Of a stretch of 64,000 nucleotides of DNA, positions 1 through 9,830 are shown in pieces. The notes under the pieces were generated by a model. That model was not told the origin of the DNA, did no database searches, and was given only the letters and a program-made list of their open reading frames with translations. Positions within the stretch are counted from its first letter, which is position 1. Each line of letters opens with the position of its first letter. Source of the stretch: Macrostomum lignano. Taxonomy: Eukaryota. Where the stretch lies: NCBI GenBank assembly GCA_002269645.1, contig NIVC01000151.1, positions 744,001 to 808,000 of the forward strand, in the 5' to 3' direction. Both the position numbers and the translations under genes were made by a program.

Positions 1-1073
1 GCTGTCACACGCTTGAGTGAACACGAACAATAGGCTCTGACCTCATAAATCTTGATGGCCTGTCAAAATGATGAGAAAAAAGCTACCGCCCGCATCCCTC
101 AGACCATCTGGCGCCCGTCTCAACACTGAGTGAGGCGCAGGTGGCTGTCAGACCAGCTTCGGAAGCGATGATTTACGACCCAAAAAGCTACGCCTATGTT
201 ATTATGACTACTAGTATGGCCAGACATTATATCTAGTATAGATTCTATGACAATTCGCAGAAAAAGGATAAAAATGCCCATCGCCCACTGTTAGTAGGCT
301 AGTAAGTTTCGAGCCCATGTGCTAGCGCGGGATTTGGGAAAAAGTGCGTCCTCATCATATGCCCCCCCTATTTGTGAGTTGATCGCAGATTAACTCAAAA
401 ACAAAGAAGAAAAATGAGCGCAGTTTTGTACAAAATCGCAGCTAGCACATCACAAAGTTAGTAAAAATAATAGTTACTCACAAATAGGTACTAAAATATT
501 AAACTGACACGCGTCCCAAGAAAGGAAATCCCAAAAGAGAAAGAATTTGGGTAAAGGGAAGGAATGAAGAAAGAGAGGGATCAAAAGAGAGGAGCTTAAA
601 AATAGATATCGCATTTGCAAATACAGTATTAGGTGTGATTTACACGCCAGGGGATATTACAAACAAACAAATTATTGTCGCGCGAGAAGGTATAATTCAA
701 AATGTGCGAGATGGGATAAACAGCGCATGTCCGACAAGACTAAGCTTCATTGTTCGCGTTCGAGTCAGTCTCGATTCTACCTGTTAAGCCTCTTGATGGC
801 TTAATTCCTTTGCCGCGCGGCCGACCCGTGCCAGGATGGGCGAGGAGCCTGGGAAATGCGTTGCACATCCTCCCCTCCCGCCTGTGGAATCCACGTGCCA
901 GGGGTTGCCGTGCTCATCTGGCAGCTGCTGGCGAATGGTGACCCTCAGAGGATTAAGGGACCCTCGAGTCATCTTTGCTGACTGGCTGAGACGCTGCTGG
1001 GGGAGGATGACCTCAACCGCCTCGAGTTCGCAGGGAGATAAAAGCGACTGACCACTCAGGTCATCCACAAATT

Positions 1074-1195
1074 ATGATTTTCGTCTTCGAATCCTGCGTC
1101 AGCCTTCTACTCGTCAGCCTGCACTTCGCCACTGCCACCTTTGCTGATTTCGCACCAGGCCAGGCCAGCCACTGCAGACCTCCGATCTTCAACTG
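1074..1195 (+). other. Possible signal-peptide-encoding first exon
   Basis: ATG, then MIFVFESCVSLLLVSLHFATATFADFAPGQASHCRPPIFN, then a TG|GTAAGT donor. No downstream exon was identified. Confidence 0.25.
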
Positions 1196-2382
1196 GTAAG
1201 TCTCATCTCAGCTCTGTGATACTCTACCGTACACGTTACTCAATCGAATAATCCCAGACCCATCCCACAGTTTCAGCAACCTTCAGGGTACACTCCCTCC
1301 TGCTCATTTGCCCATTCAGTGCTGTGTAGGATATATATACTTTAAGATGTATTATGAATAGAGTTTCAGATAAGAGGCAGAATGATTTTGAGCACTAGTG
1401 TTATATTTTAAAAGTTCTTTCAAAGGGGTTTGTCTTCAAAACTCCGATTCAATCGCATTCTCTTTCTAGTTTAATTCACACAATCCAATTTTAATTTGCA
1501 CTCAGTATTACTACATGTCAGTAGTATCGCACGGCCGCGAGTTAAGTTTTCGAATACAATTAAGAATTTCGTATTAATTCAGGCGGACCACTTGTACTTT
1601 ATGAAAGATTCTATTTGCCCAATCATTCCTAATATTCACCTATATTAATCATCTAATCTGACCTAGTACTAAATTTTGCTTACTATTAGTCTCCTTCTTC
1701 GCTTCGGCTCAGTGAGTTTAGTAACACGAGAAGTCCTACATTTCAATTTTAACTCAGCCCAAGAATCAATTCCAAGGCTGGCATTGCATGTTCTAATTTT
1801 GAAAACATTCATGTCAAATTAGGCAAAATAAACAAGCAATCACATACACGCACACGACACATAGTTTCCGCCACCATTTGATGAACTTTCTACGAAAAAG
1901 GAGAAAAAACGCAAAACACTACTGATATGGATACAAATAGCATGACACAACATTTATAAAATGAGCAAGCAAGAAATTAAGCATTTTGATTTTACGCACA
2001 TGTAAAATAATGACACAACATAGAAATAAATACGCGGGAATAAATAGTAAAACAACAGTGAATATAAACATGGAAATGCATTTTCAAAGCACCAGGGGGG
2101 TATTTACAGGGGGATCAGGGAGGGTATCAAAGACATTATGAGAAAGCAATTGTTCACGCAATAAGAGGATATATTTACAAGGGGCATAGCAGCACAAAAA
2201 GAAAAGAATAGGGGGTTGAAATTTTGCTTTGGCATGACAAAAATTTGGTTGAGAATTGAACATGAAAATAGAGGCACAGCTCGCCTACTAACCACTACTT
2301 AAGCCGAACGGTTTGAGAAAAAATAGTTTAAAATGCTTTTTCCCTAATTAAAATTTGTTCATAACCGTTCCACGTTCAATTC

Positions 2383-2907
2383 TCACGCTTCTTGGTTGGC
2401 GTCTTGGCTTCTCTGATACAACACCGCCACGCTCAGTTCCCAAATCTTCCTGTCGGCATCGAGGGCGGCAGGCATCTTGAGGACCGAGCGCGGGGGGTCC
2501 TCACCGCGGTGGAACACATCATTAAGTAGGTCGTAGACGATTCTCAAGCGGAGATACCCAGCCTCGCGCACCAGCGCATTGTATAGCTGGTTCCTCTCGA
2601 GCTGCTCGGGCGCCAGCAGCCAGAAACGCTCGTTGATCGCTTGCTGGGCAGCGGGCGGCAGAGTGTAGTGCAGTGGGCCCTCTCCATGCAGGCGGGTGCC
2701 CAGCTGTCGTAACACCCGCTCCTTCACGCTTTGCTCGAGTTCTTCATACCTCTCTTCACTCTCGCCTTCTAGGTGTCGCAGACCATTCAGAATGGCCGGC
2801 CGCTCACCCGTGCTTCCCAGCCCGCCTCGGCTGTGCGGACTAGTAGCGCCGGATGACAGCGGTGAGTGAGCTTCCTCTTTGATAGCATTAACCGAAAAGG
2901 CTTCCAT
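2383..2907 (-). CDS. Accessory ORF of unknown function (174 aa)
   Basis: ATG in aaaATGG context, GC-rich coding-like block inside AT-rich flanks, normal globular composition. No family recognised. Confidence 0.55.
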   Translation of the reverse strand: MEAFSVNAIKEEAHSPLSSGATSPHSRGGLGSTGERPAILNGLRHLEGESEERYEELEQSVKERVLRQLGTRLHGEGPLHYTLPPAAQQAINERFWLLAPEQLERNQLYNALVREAGYLRLRIVYDLLNDVFHRGEDPPRSVLKMPAALDADRKIWELSVAVLYQRSQDANQEA

Positions 2908-3377
2908 TTTCGCAGATGCACAAAGTTCTCTCTTACAGAAAAAGAATTATAGCTTAGCAGAATGCTTTAGCTCGCAGAAAATCGAATTGATTTACAGTTA
3001 AAGTGTTTCCCTTTATATCCGGAAAACATCAGATAACAGCAAACAAGGGGGGGGGTGACTCCACGCCGGAGTCTCCCTCCAATTGATACAAATCATTTGG
3101 GGCGCATAGTAGAAAAAACTCATTATGAGGGCCAATAAAACATTTGGGCTCAACAGACCGTCAACTTTTAGCGAGAGAGACAAAAAGCAAGGGTTACAAT
3201 GGGGGTGCATGGGGTGCACGAGGGAGGGAAGAGAGAAGAGGAGAAGACTGGGGGGGAGAGATGAGGAATCCCAACAGACTAACTGGGGATGCCAAAAATA
3301 GCCACGGCGGATTCTCCCAAGTGAATTATAGACTCTTCAGAATTATGTTAATTAGACTATGAGCTCAAAACGATTAA

Positions 3378-3989
3378 GAATTTCGAGCTAATTCCAATCC
3401 TGACAGCTCTAACTCTTTTTCTATCCTTGACCTGCATCTACTTCTCCGCCTATCACTCGCAGAGGGAGCGCTGATCCTACAACAGAGCCTTGTGCTCAAT
3501 AAGAAAATTCTGCACGGCACCTTCTCAGTACTCCCCACCGAGGTGGTGACCCGCGCTGACGGCCAGCGAGTGCTCTGTCCTCGCGCCGGGGTCCTCGCGC
3601 CACCCCTCATCGAGACCACGTTCACCTGCCGGGGTCAAGCTGAGCCAGCTCAAGGAGGCAGGGGTCGCGGTCGTGGCCGAGCTCGCGGCAACAACCATTC
3701 CAGCAGCTCATCGACCCGACTCGCGACTGTGGCAGCCTCCACTCCCTACGGAGCGTACAGTGCGGGCTCTCCAGGCGCCTCGCCGGTGGTGGCCCTGGAC
3801 TCCATCCAAGAGGAGCCGTCGGGCACGCCAGCCGCCACCCAGAACGCTGCACCCGCTGCCGCCGACCTTTCGGTACAGCTGCAGGAACACGCCACCATGC
3901 TGCAGACAGTGCAGCACAGCTGTCCGGATCACAACCGGACGGTCGAGCTTCTGCTGCAGGCTGCCTCACGGCTCAGCGAATTACACTAG
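3378..3989 (+). CDS. ATG-less antisense open frame (about 204 codons) within the retroelement, resembling the Gag N-terminus
   Basis: Open from 3378 (after TAA) to TAG at 3989, GC-rich and coding-like. It has GGRGRGRGRARGNN and PAAADLSVQL, versus Gag GGRGRRGRGNRN and PQAADMAAQL. Confidence 0.4.
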   Translation, partial: EFRANSNPDSSNSFSILDLHLLLRLSLAEGALILQQSLVLNKKILHGTFSVLPTEVVTRADGQRVLCPRAGVLAPPLIETTFTCRGQAEPAQGGRGRGRGRARGNNHSSSSSTRLATVAASTPYGAYSAGSPGASPVVALDSIQEEPSGTPAATQNAAPAAADLSVQLQEHATMLQTVQHSCPDHNRTVELLLQAASRLSELH

Positions 3990-4290
3990 CTTCCAGACTC
4001 ATACGCCTACCCTTTGTGTCCATTGCTGCAGCATTACTACTATCCATAAATTACTTCTCTAAACAAACTATTACCGTATTAATTTCTTTGTGCCAATATT
4101 TCTGTTCTTAAATAAACTGCTTTTCATAACTTATCATTTCATTCATAATTTTTCTTAAATTCCTAACTATTATTCCTGATTAATTTGACCTAATCACTCT
4201 AGAAGTCCAACCTGTTATAATACTTTAGCCAAAGAGGGGTGGGCAAGGGGAAACCGAGTTGGGCCCCAAACCTCAAAGTTCGCAAGGAAG

Positions 4291-4713
4291 TCAACAGAAT
4301 GGGAGCATTTGCCCCAATACTAGTAAATTTCTAGTGTGATAGTCCAAGACAGCAGGCGCGGCTGCCAGAAAAGAGTTGCCCAGCAGAGGCCTCGTGGCGG
4401 GGTCACTGGCGACTAAAAACATTACTGGCATGGTTTCAGCCCCTAGGGTGACAATCAGCTTGGACTGACCCACAATCTCTAATCTATGCCCGCTATAGGA
4501 ATAGATAGAGACTGTAGGGGCTTCCAACCTGTCCATGTCATCATTAGTGGCCGCCACAAAGTCTCTGAAGGGCAAGATGGAGACTGCCGATCCAGAATCA
4601 ATGAGAATTCGGAGTGGCAATCTCTCCACTTGAACTTTCACATACACGTCAGCTCGGGAGCTTTTAAATGGCATAGCCTTCCTGGGAACAATGAAGTCGG
4701 GTATGCAATTCAC
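4291..4713 (-). CDS. Retropepsin-like aspartic protease, +1 frame relative to gag, terminating without RT
   Basis: Catalytic motif ILIDSGSAVSIL, flap-like YSYSGHRLEIVG and C-terminal PLLGNSFL. Stop codon at 4291. The frame has no ATG at its start and is open across the last about 25 gag codons. Confidence 0.85.
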   Translation of the reverse strand: MNCIPDFIVPRKAMPFKSSRADVYVKVQVERLPLRILIDSGSAVSILPFRDFVAATNDDMDRLEAPTVSIYSYSGHRLEIVGQSKLIVTLGAETMPVMFLVASDPATRPLLGNSFLAAAPAVLDYHTRNLLVLGQMLPFC

Positions 4714-4792
4714 TTTCCTTTTGCCCCATTTGCTAAATTTGCCCTTGAAAGTCCAGAAGAGGGGTGAGTGTGGGCGCCACCCATCCCTACTC

Positions 4793-6142
4793 TCAGTTTT
4801 CCGACCCGGGCGGGAGATAGAAAGAGGGCCGCTGTTTCTGTGCTCCCGGCGCCGGGGTTGGCGGGGGCCTCAAATTCTCTTCTCCTGTACTGCTCTCTCC
4901 CTGGGTAGGAACATGCAGGGGAGGCGGGCGCGCGCGTGCACTGTTGCGCAACTGCGGGGGCCGGTAAACCTCAGTTCTTTCAGTCTGCTTGGCCGAGTCA
5001 CCGTAAATCGCGTTCTGCCTCAATAGTGCGGGCTTCGCTGACAGATTTTGAGACGAGGGGAGCGGGGACTTGCCCTCAGGCGGTTGGCTAGCTCGCTCAG
5101 TATCTTCTACCACGGTGAGGTCTCCCTCCCAATGATCTGAGTGGCTTGTCATGGCCTGATCAATCCTCTCCGCAACCTGGCTCATAGCGCCGTAAATCTT
5201 GCCGACGGTTTCATCTAGGCTGTTTTGACGCTGCTGTAAATCTGCCAGTGCCTCTTCCACTTCCCTTCCTTCCTCCGACTCTAGCATGCGGACCCACCTG
5301 CGTTGATATTCTCTGTCGCTGGGGCGATTCTGATCTCTGTTTCTATCGTCCCTACGCTGATCATACCTGGGCTGGTCTCGCGCTAAGCGCCGGGAAATCT
5401 CATCTGCCTCTTGGAGATTCTGCTGAGCTGCCAGCACTTCATCAATGCTGCGAAACTGTTGCCCTAGCAGCGACTTGCGCACATCTGGGGCGATGTCAGC
5501 TGTTTCCAAGTAGGCAAAGATCACCTCCGACTCTAACTGTCTAGGACTCATGTCGGGGTAAGCAGAAGCTATCACACTACGCACCATGGCCGAATAGGCG
5601 TGGTGATTCTGGCCTGCCTTCTGTTTTAGATTCCGGACCTTGTTCCTCTTCGCTAGTTCTGAACTGGCCTCTCCTACCTGGCGACCTAACCTTTCTATAA
5701 ATTCCTCAAAGTCAAGGCCGGGATGGAGGGCAATAGCAAGACTCTGCAGATCTGGGGGGAGGAGCGAGATTACTGTGCTCTTCTTCTGCTCTCTGTCCCT
5801 AATCTCTTCAGACCTGAGTTTGTATTTGACTCTGTCAACCCACTGGGGGAAGCAGGATTCTGCTGGGTTGAATTTCTCAACGCTAATCTTGACACTCTGT
5901 GTCTCTCTGCCCAATCCGATAGCTGCAAGGGCTTGCGCTAATTGGGCTGCCATGTCGGCGGCTTGGGGTTGAGGTGGGGCTCTCTGCGGGGATGACCCGC
6001 ACTCTGATTGCTCGGGGGAGCCTGAGCCCTGGGACGAAAAATTGCAGGCGGCTGCAGCGGCGGCTGCTGATCCGTTCCTATTCCCTCTACCTCTTCTGCC
6101 TCTACCTCCTGACTTACTGGTACTGGAATTACATGTTTCCAT
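4793..6142 (-). CDS. gag: Ty3/gypsy-type Gag-like protein
   Basis: Long ORF with the first ATG at 6142; the track start at 6178 is TTG. The capsid-like core is KFNPAESCFPQWVDRVKYKL...LLPP...LRNLKQKAGQNHHAYSAMVRSVIASAYP, followed by an R/D/Q-rich region and a coiled coil. It lies downstream of the PBS and upstream of the protease. Confidence 0.8.
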   Translation of the reverse strand: METCNSSTSKSGGRGRRGRGNRNGSAAAAAAACNFSSQGSGSPEQSECGSSPQRAPPQPQAADMAAQLAQALAAIGLGRETQSVKISVEKFNPAESCFPQWVDRVKYKLRSEEIRDREQKKSTVISLLPPDLQSLAIALHPGLDFEEFIERLGRQVGEASSELAKRNKVRNLKQKAGQNHHAYSAMVRSVIASAYPDMSPRQLESEVIFAYLETADIAPDVRKSLLGQQFRSIDEVLAAQQNLQEADEISRRLARDQPRYDQRRDDRNRDQNRPSDREYQRRWVRMLESEEGREVEEALADLQQRQNSLDETVGKIYGAMSQVAERIDQAMTSHSDHWEGDLTVVEDTERASQPPEGKSPLPSSQNLSAKPALLRQNAIYGDSAKQTERTEVYRPPQLRNSARARPPPLHVPTQGESSTGEENLRPPPTPAPGAQKQRPSFYLPPGSEN

Positions 6143-6810
6143 AGTTCGGGCACAACACCAGTTGCCGGGACAGAACAAAAGAATGTGAATCTGAACCGGG
6201 GCGGAAAAAATGAATGCAATTGGCTATTAGCCGAATTTGGGTGTCTGCTTCAAAGCAAGACAATGGCAATGAATCGAATCGAATGGGGGGAAGGGGGGAG
6301 ATTGTGCAAAAAGCCTAACTGGGGTAGGGTTTTGACACAAGTGAGCAATGGGGGGTTGAGCGCCGCGAGTTGGGGAGCTCAAAGCAAAAGCAATAAATTA
6401 CAAGGAAAAATAAAAAACACGCAAATAAGCAAAAGATACGCGATCTATATACAAAAGCGTACAATACGAGCGCGGGGCTTGCGATAATGATCGCAAACAC
6501 AGCACAAAAATGAGAAAATACGCAAAAACCAACAAAGCGGAAACGTCACTTATTCCACTCACACCGCAGTCACACTTGACTCAGAACTTTCACACCCAAA
6601 ATCCTTCTGTCTCTGTCTTGAATCCGATCTCGGATTTTCTCGAATCGCTGCTTTTAAACTCACTGATTCTCAACTGGGCTGAGGCCACAGCTTTCCGCAG
6701 GCTACTACAGTCTCAGTTTCTCTTTCTCTCTGAGCGGCTCTTTTTGCTTCCGAATAATTTCAATGGGCTAGTAAATCATGGAGGGTCTCTTCAGCTCTTA
6801 TTAGCCTAAA

Positions 6811-7367
6811 TTGCAGGCGCCAATATGTGGGCACCTCATGTGTATTAGAGCTCTCCTGCGTGGTATCGCCACTAGGAAACCGTCCGGGTGCTGCTACGGC
6901 TAGACAGATTCACAATCCCCATCAAGGCTGATCTTTTAGCGGAACTTGGACGTCTGACCCAGCGCGCCCAGTGGCCCCTCTGTGTAGCTTTTGTCAGCAT
7001 TGACCGGTGAGGGCGGATTACACCCAATGAACGATACTCGCAAACAGACAGGTAATACACAAGGAGTTAAGCAGGTCCGTAGTGTAGTGTTCACTCCGCA
7101 ACAAAACCTTTTGGCACGGTCCCTAAGAATTTTGATCATAGAAAAAGCTACGGGCAGCAGGAAAGTTTGTCAAATATTATGACCCTACGTTATCGGGTCG
7201 GGTATTTTTATAGCGGCGAACCACAGAAGACATCTGTGTCTTGAGTCAGTAGAGTCTGTCCAGACAAAGCTGCGCTCCCCTCCTCTTACTATCATAAAAA
7301 TGAATAGCCACGGCGTTTTCTGCTCTCTGCAGAATCGTTAACCAGAGCGGTAGCTGGAATTCGCACA
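6811..7367 (-). mobile_element. Putative second LTR (6826-7367) with TGGCGCC(TG) tRNA-Lys-like PBS (6811-6822)
   Basis: The minus strand has TGTGCG...CCCACA ends, then TAT, then TGGCGCCTGCAA, about 670 nt upstream of the gag ATG. The PBS match is short and no second copy was seen. Confidence 0.5.
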
Positions 7368-8638
7368 TACTACCATGGCACCGTGTGGGTAATTCTCTCC
7401 GCTTTCCTTACTGTATTTACATTAGATACCCCTCCAATTCTAAGAAAGAACCGAAAGGGCAAAAGCAAACTTCCAAACCCTAAATTCCGCAACCAGGAAA
7501 AATTACTTGTGCACTGGCAAACTGTGCTACTTAAAGTAACACCTACACACTTTCCAGACTCCTAGGCTAAGCAGATGGTAAATGTACGAACTTAAAGTAA
7601 CTCCAGACCTCACAATTCTGTACCCAAACCCAAAGTAGCGTGGCTGTTCCCGCGTTCCGGTAGCCATCAACCCCAGACATATTTTTCAGGACATGGATGT
7701 CTGACCCAGCGCATCCAGAGGCCCAACGGCACAGCACTTGCCATTGTTAGCCGGAATACCGAGAATTGCGGTGGGAATTTGAGCTCTCCGTTGCCACTTA
7801 AAGCGATTTATACCACCAAAGCCCGAATAGCGGACAACAATTCGTGAGAAGCACTCAGATAGAACACCCCGATTTAAATCGAAATGATACTATGATCACA
7901 CAGTTCGCTAATCCGACTGTCCCGTACTAATCTGCTCCAGAGTATAACCTTTGAACCCAAAACCCGTGAGGCCCTGCGTATGAAACCAAGGCTTCGCACA
8001 TCCAAAAAGCTGCCTGATTCTAAATTTTGCAAACAAGTCAAAAACTACGAGCGCTGTCAGCATTCTATAATGAACGTTTTGGCCGAGGAAGCATTATCAT
8101 TCGGATAATGGCCTCTTGTCTACACGACAAAAATTAATAGCTTAATTTCGAGTGATCAGTTCGAAACTTTTCTGTTTAGCAAAAGTACAAGAACTATCCT
8201 AAGTCTCTATTTTCCGCATAATTAGCTGGCTGAAATCAAAACTGGAGAACTAAGCAGAGAGCCTAGATAACTTATCAAGCTGAGAGAGTTATATGTGCGG
8301 GGTTGATTTTTTTTACATGCTCTGGCTTTTTGAATTTTTTATAATTTTTTTGGTTGATTTTTTGGAATAGGCATGCATTTAATGGTAAGCAATTCATACT
8401 AGTAATTTTTTTGGTTCCAGTAGCATAATTTTTTTGTGCATTTTTGGACTCTCATAATTCAGACTTGAAAAGCTATCGCAGCTGACTACTTACAGTAATC
8501 TAAAAGAAACCTAAATTCCCAATTTTGAAATCTAAACGGCGCAACTCGATATTATTATTCTGTCACAATTTGCCATTTACCAGCCATCCACTACCGGTGA
8601 GCACTTTACCACTTCCTACCGGCTAGTGTTTACCAAAC

Positions 8639-8656
8639 ATCCCACCGCTGCCACCA
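8639..8656 (-). promoter_or_regulatory. Primer-binding site complementary to the tRNA-Leu(AAG/TAG) 3' end
   Basis: The minus strand reads CA-aa-TGGTGGCAGCGGTGGGAT. The plus strand atcccaccgctgccacca equals the 3' 18 nt (including CCA) of metazoan tRNA-Leu as I recall it. Confidence 0.9.
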
Positions 8657-8658
8657 TT

Positions 8659-9157
8659 TGATGGGTTTCGACCTTGCAGGCCCCTTGTGAGGAAGCCTTC
8701 GGGCCTCAGGCCTCAGAAACAAATCAATTAGAGTCCTGGCCCCCCACTCCTGTCAGATGGTCAGCCCCATGGTAGCTTGATCGTGTGGCGAGCAGTCTAG
8801 GTCCTATAGCTTCGAGATTGACAGCAAAAAGACACTAGTTGGCAGGTAAGTGCAAAGCCCCTTCTAGTCGGAAGCCCGATTTCGAGAGTCCCGGTGTGGT
8901 GAGCCAGGACGCACGGGCTGGTGGCAGCGAGTTAGCTTAGTCTGCGGATTAGCTAATTTCTACCTTCAAAATTCTCCCTGCTTGTCTCTCGCTGTCCCTC
9001 TCTTAGCTATAGGACCTAGACTGCTCGCCACACGATCAAGCTACCATGGGGCTGACCATCTGACAGGAGTGGGGGGCCAGGACTCTAATTGATTTGTTTC
9101 TGAGGCCTGAGGCCCGAAGGCTTCCTCACAAGGGGCCTGAAAGGTCGAAACCCATCA
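8659..9157 (-). mobile_element. 5' LTR (TG...CA, 499 bp) with 153-bp terminal inverted repeats
   Basis: 8659-8811 (tgatgggtttcgaccttgcagg...ctatagct) is the reverse complement of 9005-9157 (agctatagg...aaggtcgaaacccatca) with one mismatch seen. On the minus strand it ends CA, followed by a 2-nt spacer and a PBS. No partner LTR was seen in the window. Confidence 0.8.
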
Positions 9158-9399
9158 TTATTATGGCACAACAGAGCCAGCAACTAAAGCGGGCACAAAT
9201 GATATTTCGCGCAAGCTTCAACTGCAGTCTATGACAAAACGCCTTCACTTCTATAGATTGACTTCATTTCGCGCCAGCTGTTACGGTCATGGTAAAAATT
9301 CCTACGAAGGACCCCTACTACTCGTAATTCTATATAGTAGCCTGTATTCCTCGATTATTTCTTCACGACAGAATACGCAAGAACGAAATAGGGGGTTTG

Positions 9400-9830
9400 A
9401 CTGGCGATGAGTTGGATTTTGTCGTTCATCTTGTATACGCCGAGAGGATACCGTCCCAATCGGCCAATAGACAGGCCTTACTGAGAACCAGGAACGCCTC
9501 ATCGACGAGGAACTCCGTGATCCAACCAACGTTGACGAAATTTCTCTGTTGCGTGAGTTGACCTCTGAAGAACAAGATCTTCTGTGACAGGTGGAGGAGG
9601 AAAGTCTACCGCCAAGCAGACGGAACAACATTATAAAGGCTCAAAACTTTTCTGATGGAGGAGGGAATGCCAACTGACATTGATAGCATCCGATGCTGGT
9701 TCAAACTCTATTTCGAACTTCATGATAGCCATTAGCAATCCAGTTTGCGAAGCACCCAATTCGTTCGGCAACTGCAAGTTTGAAAACTGTACCTTCAACG
9801 TCACCCCAACAAGTGAGTGTCGGATCGAGC
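9400..9830 (+). pseudogene. Degenerate coding relic ending in an FGNCKFENCTFNV motif (Crypton/DUF3504-like C-terminus?)
   Basis: Acidic helical peptide ENQERLIDEELRDPTNVDEISLLRELTSEEQDLL interrupted by stops. The terminal FxNCxFxNCTFN motif is one I associate with Crypton-derived proteins. Confidence 0.25.

Noticed and set aside
109-117. Plus-strand TGGCGCCCG PBS-like motif
   Set aside because: A 9-nt match with no plus-strand gag downstream; cannot be distinguished from chance.
8639-8656. tRNA-Leu gene
   Set aside because: Only the 3' 18 nt including CCA are present, with no cloverleaf upstream; it is a PBS.
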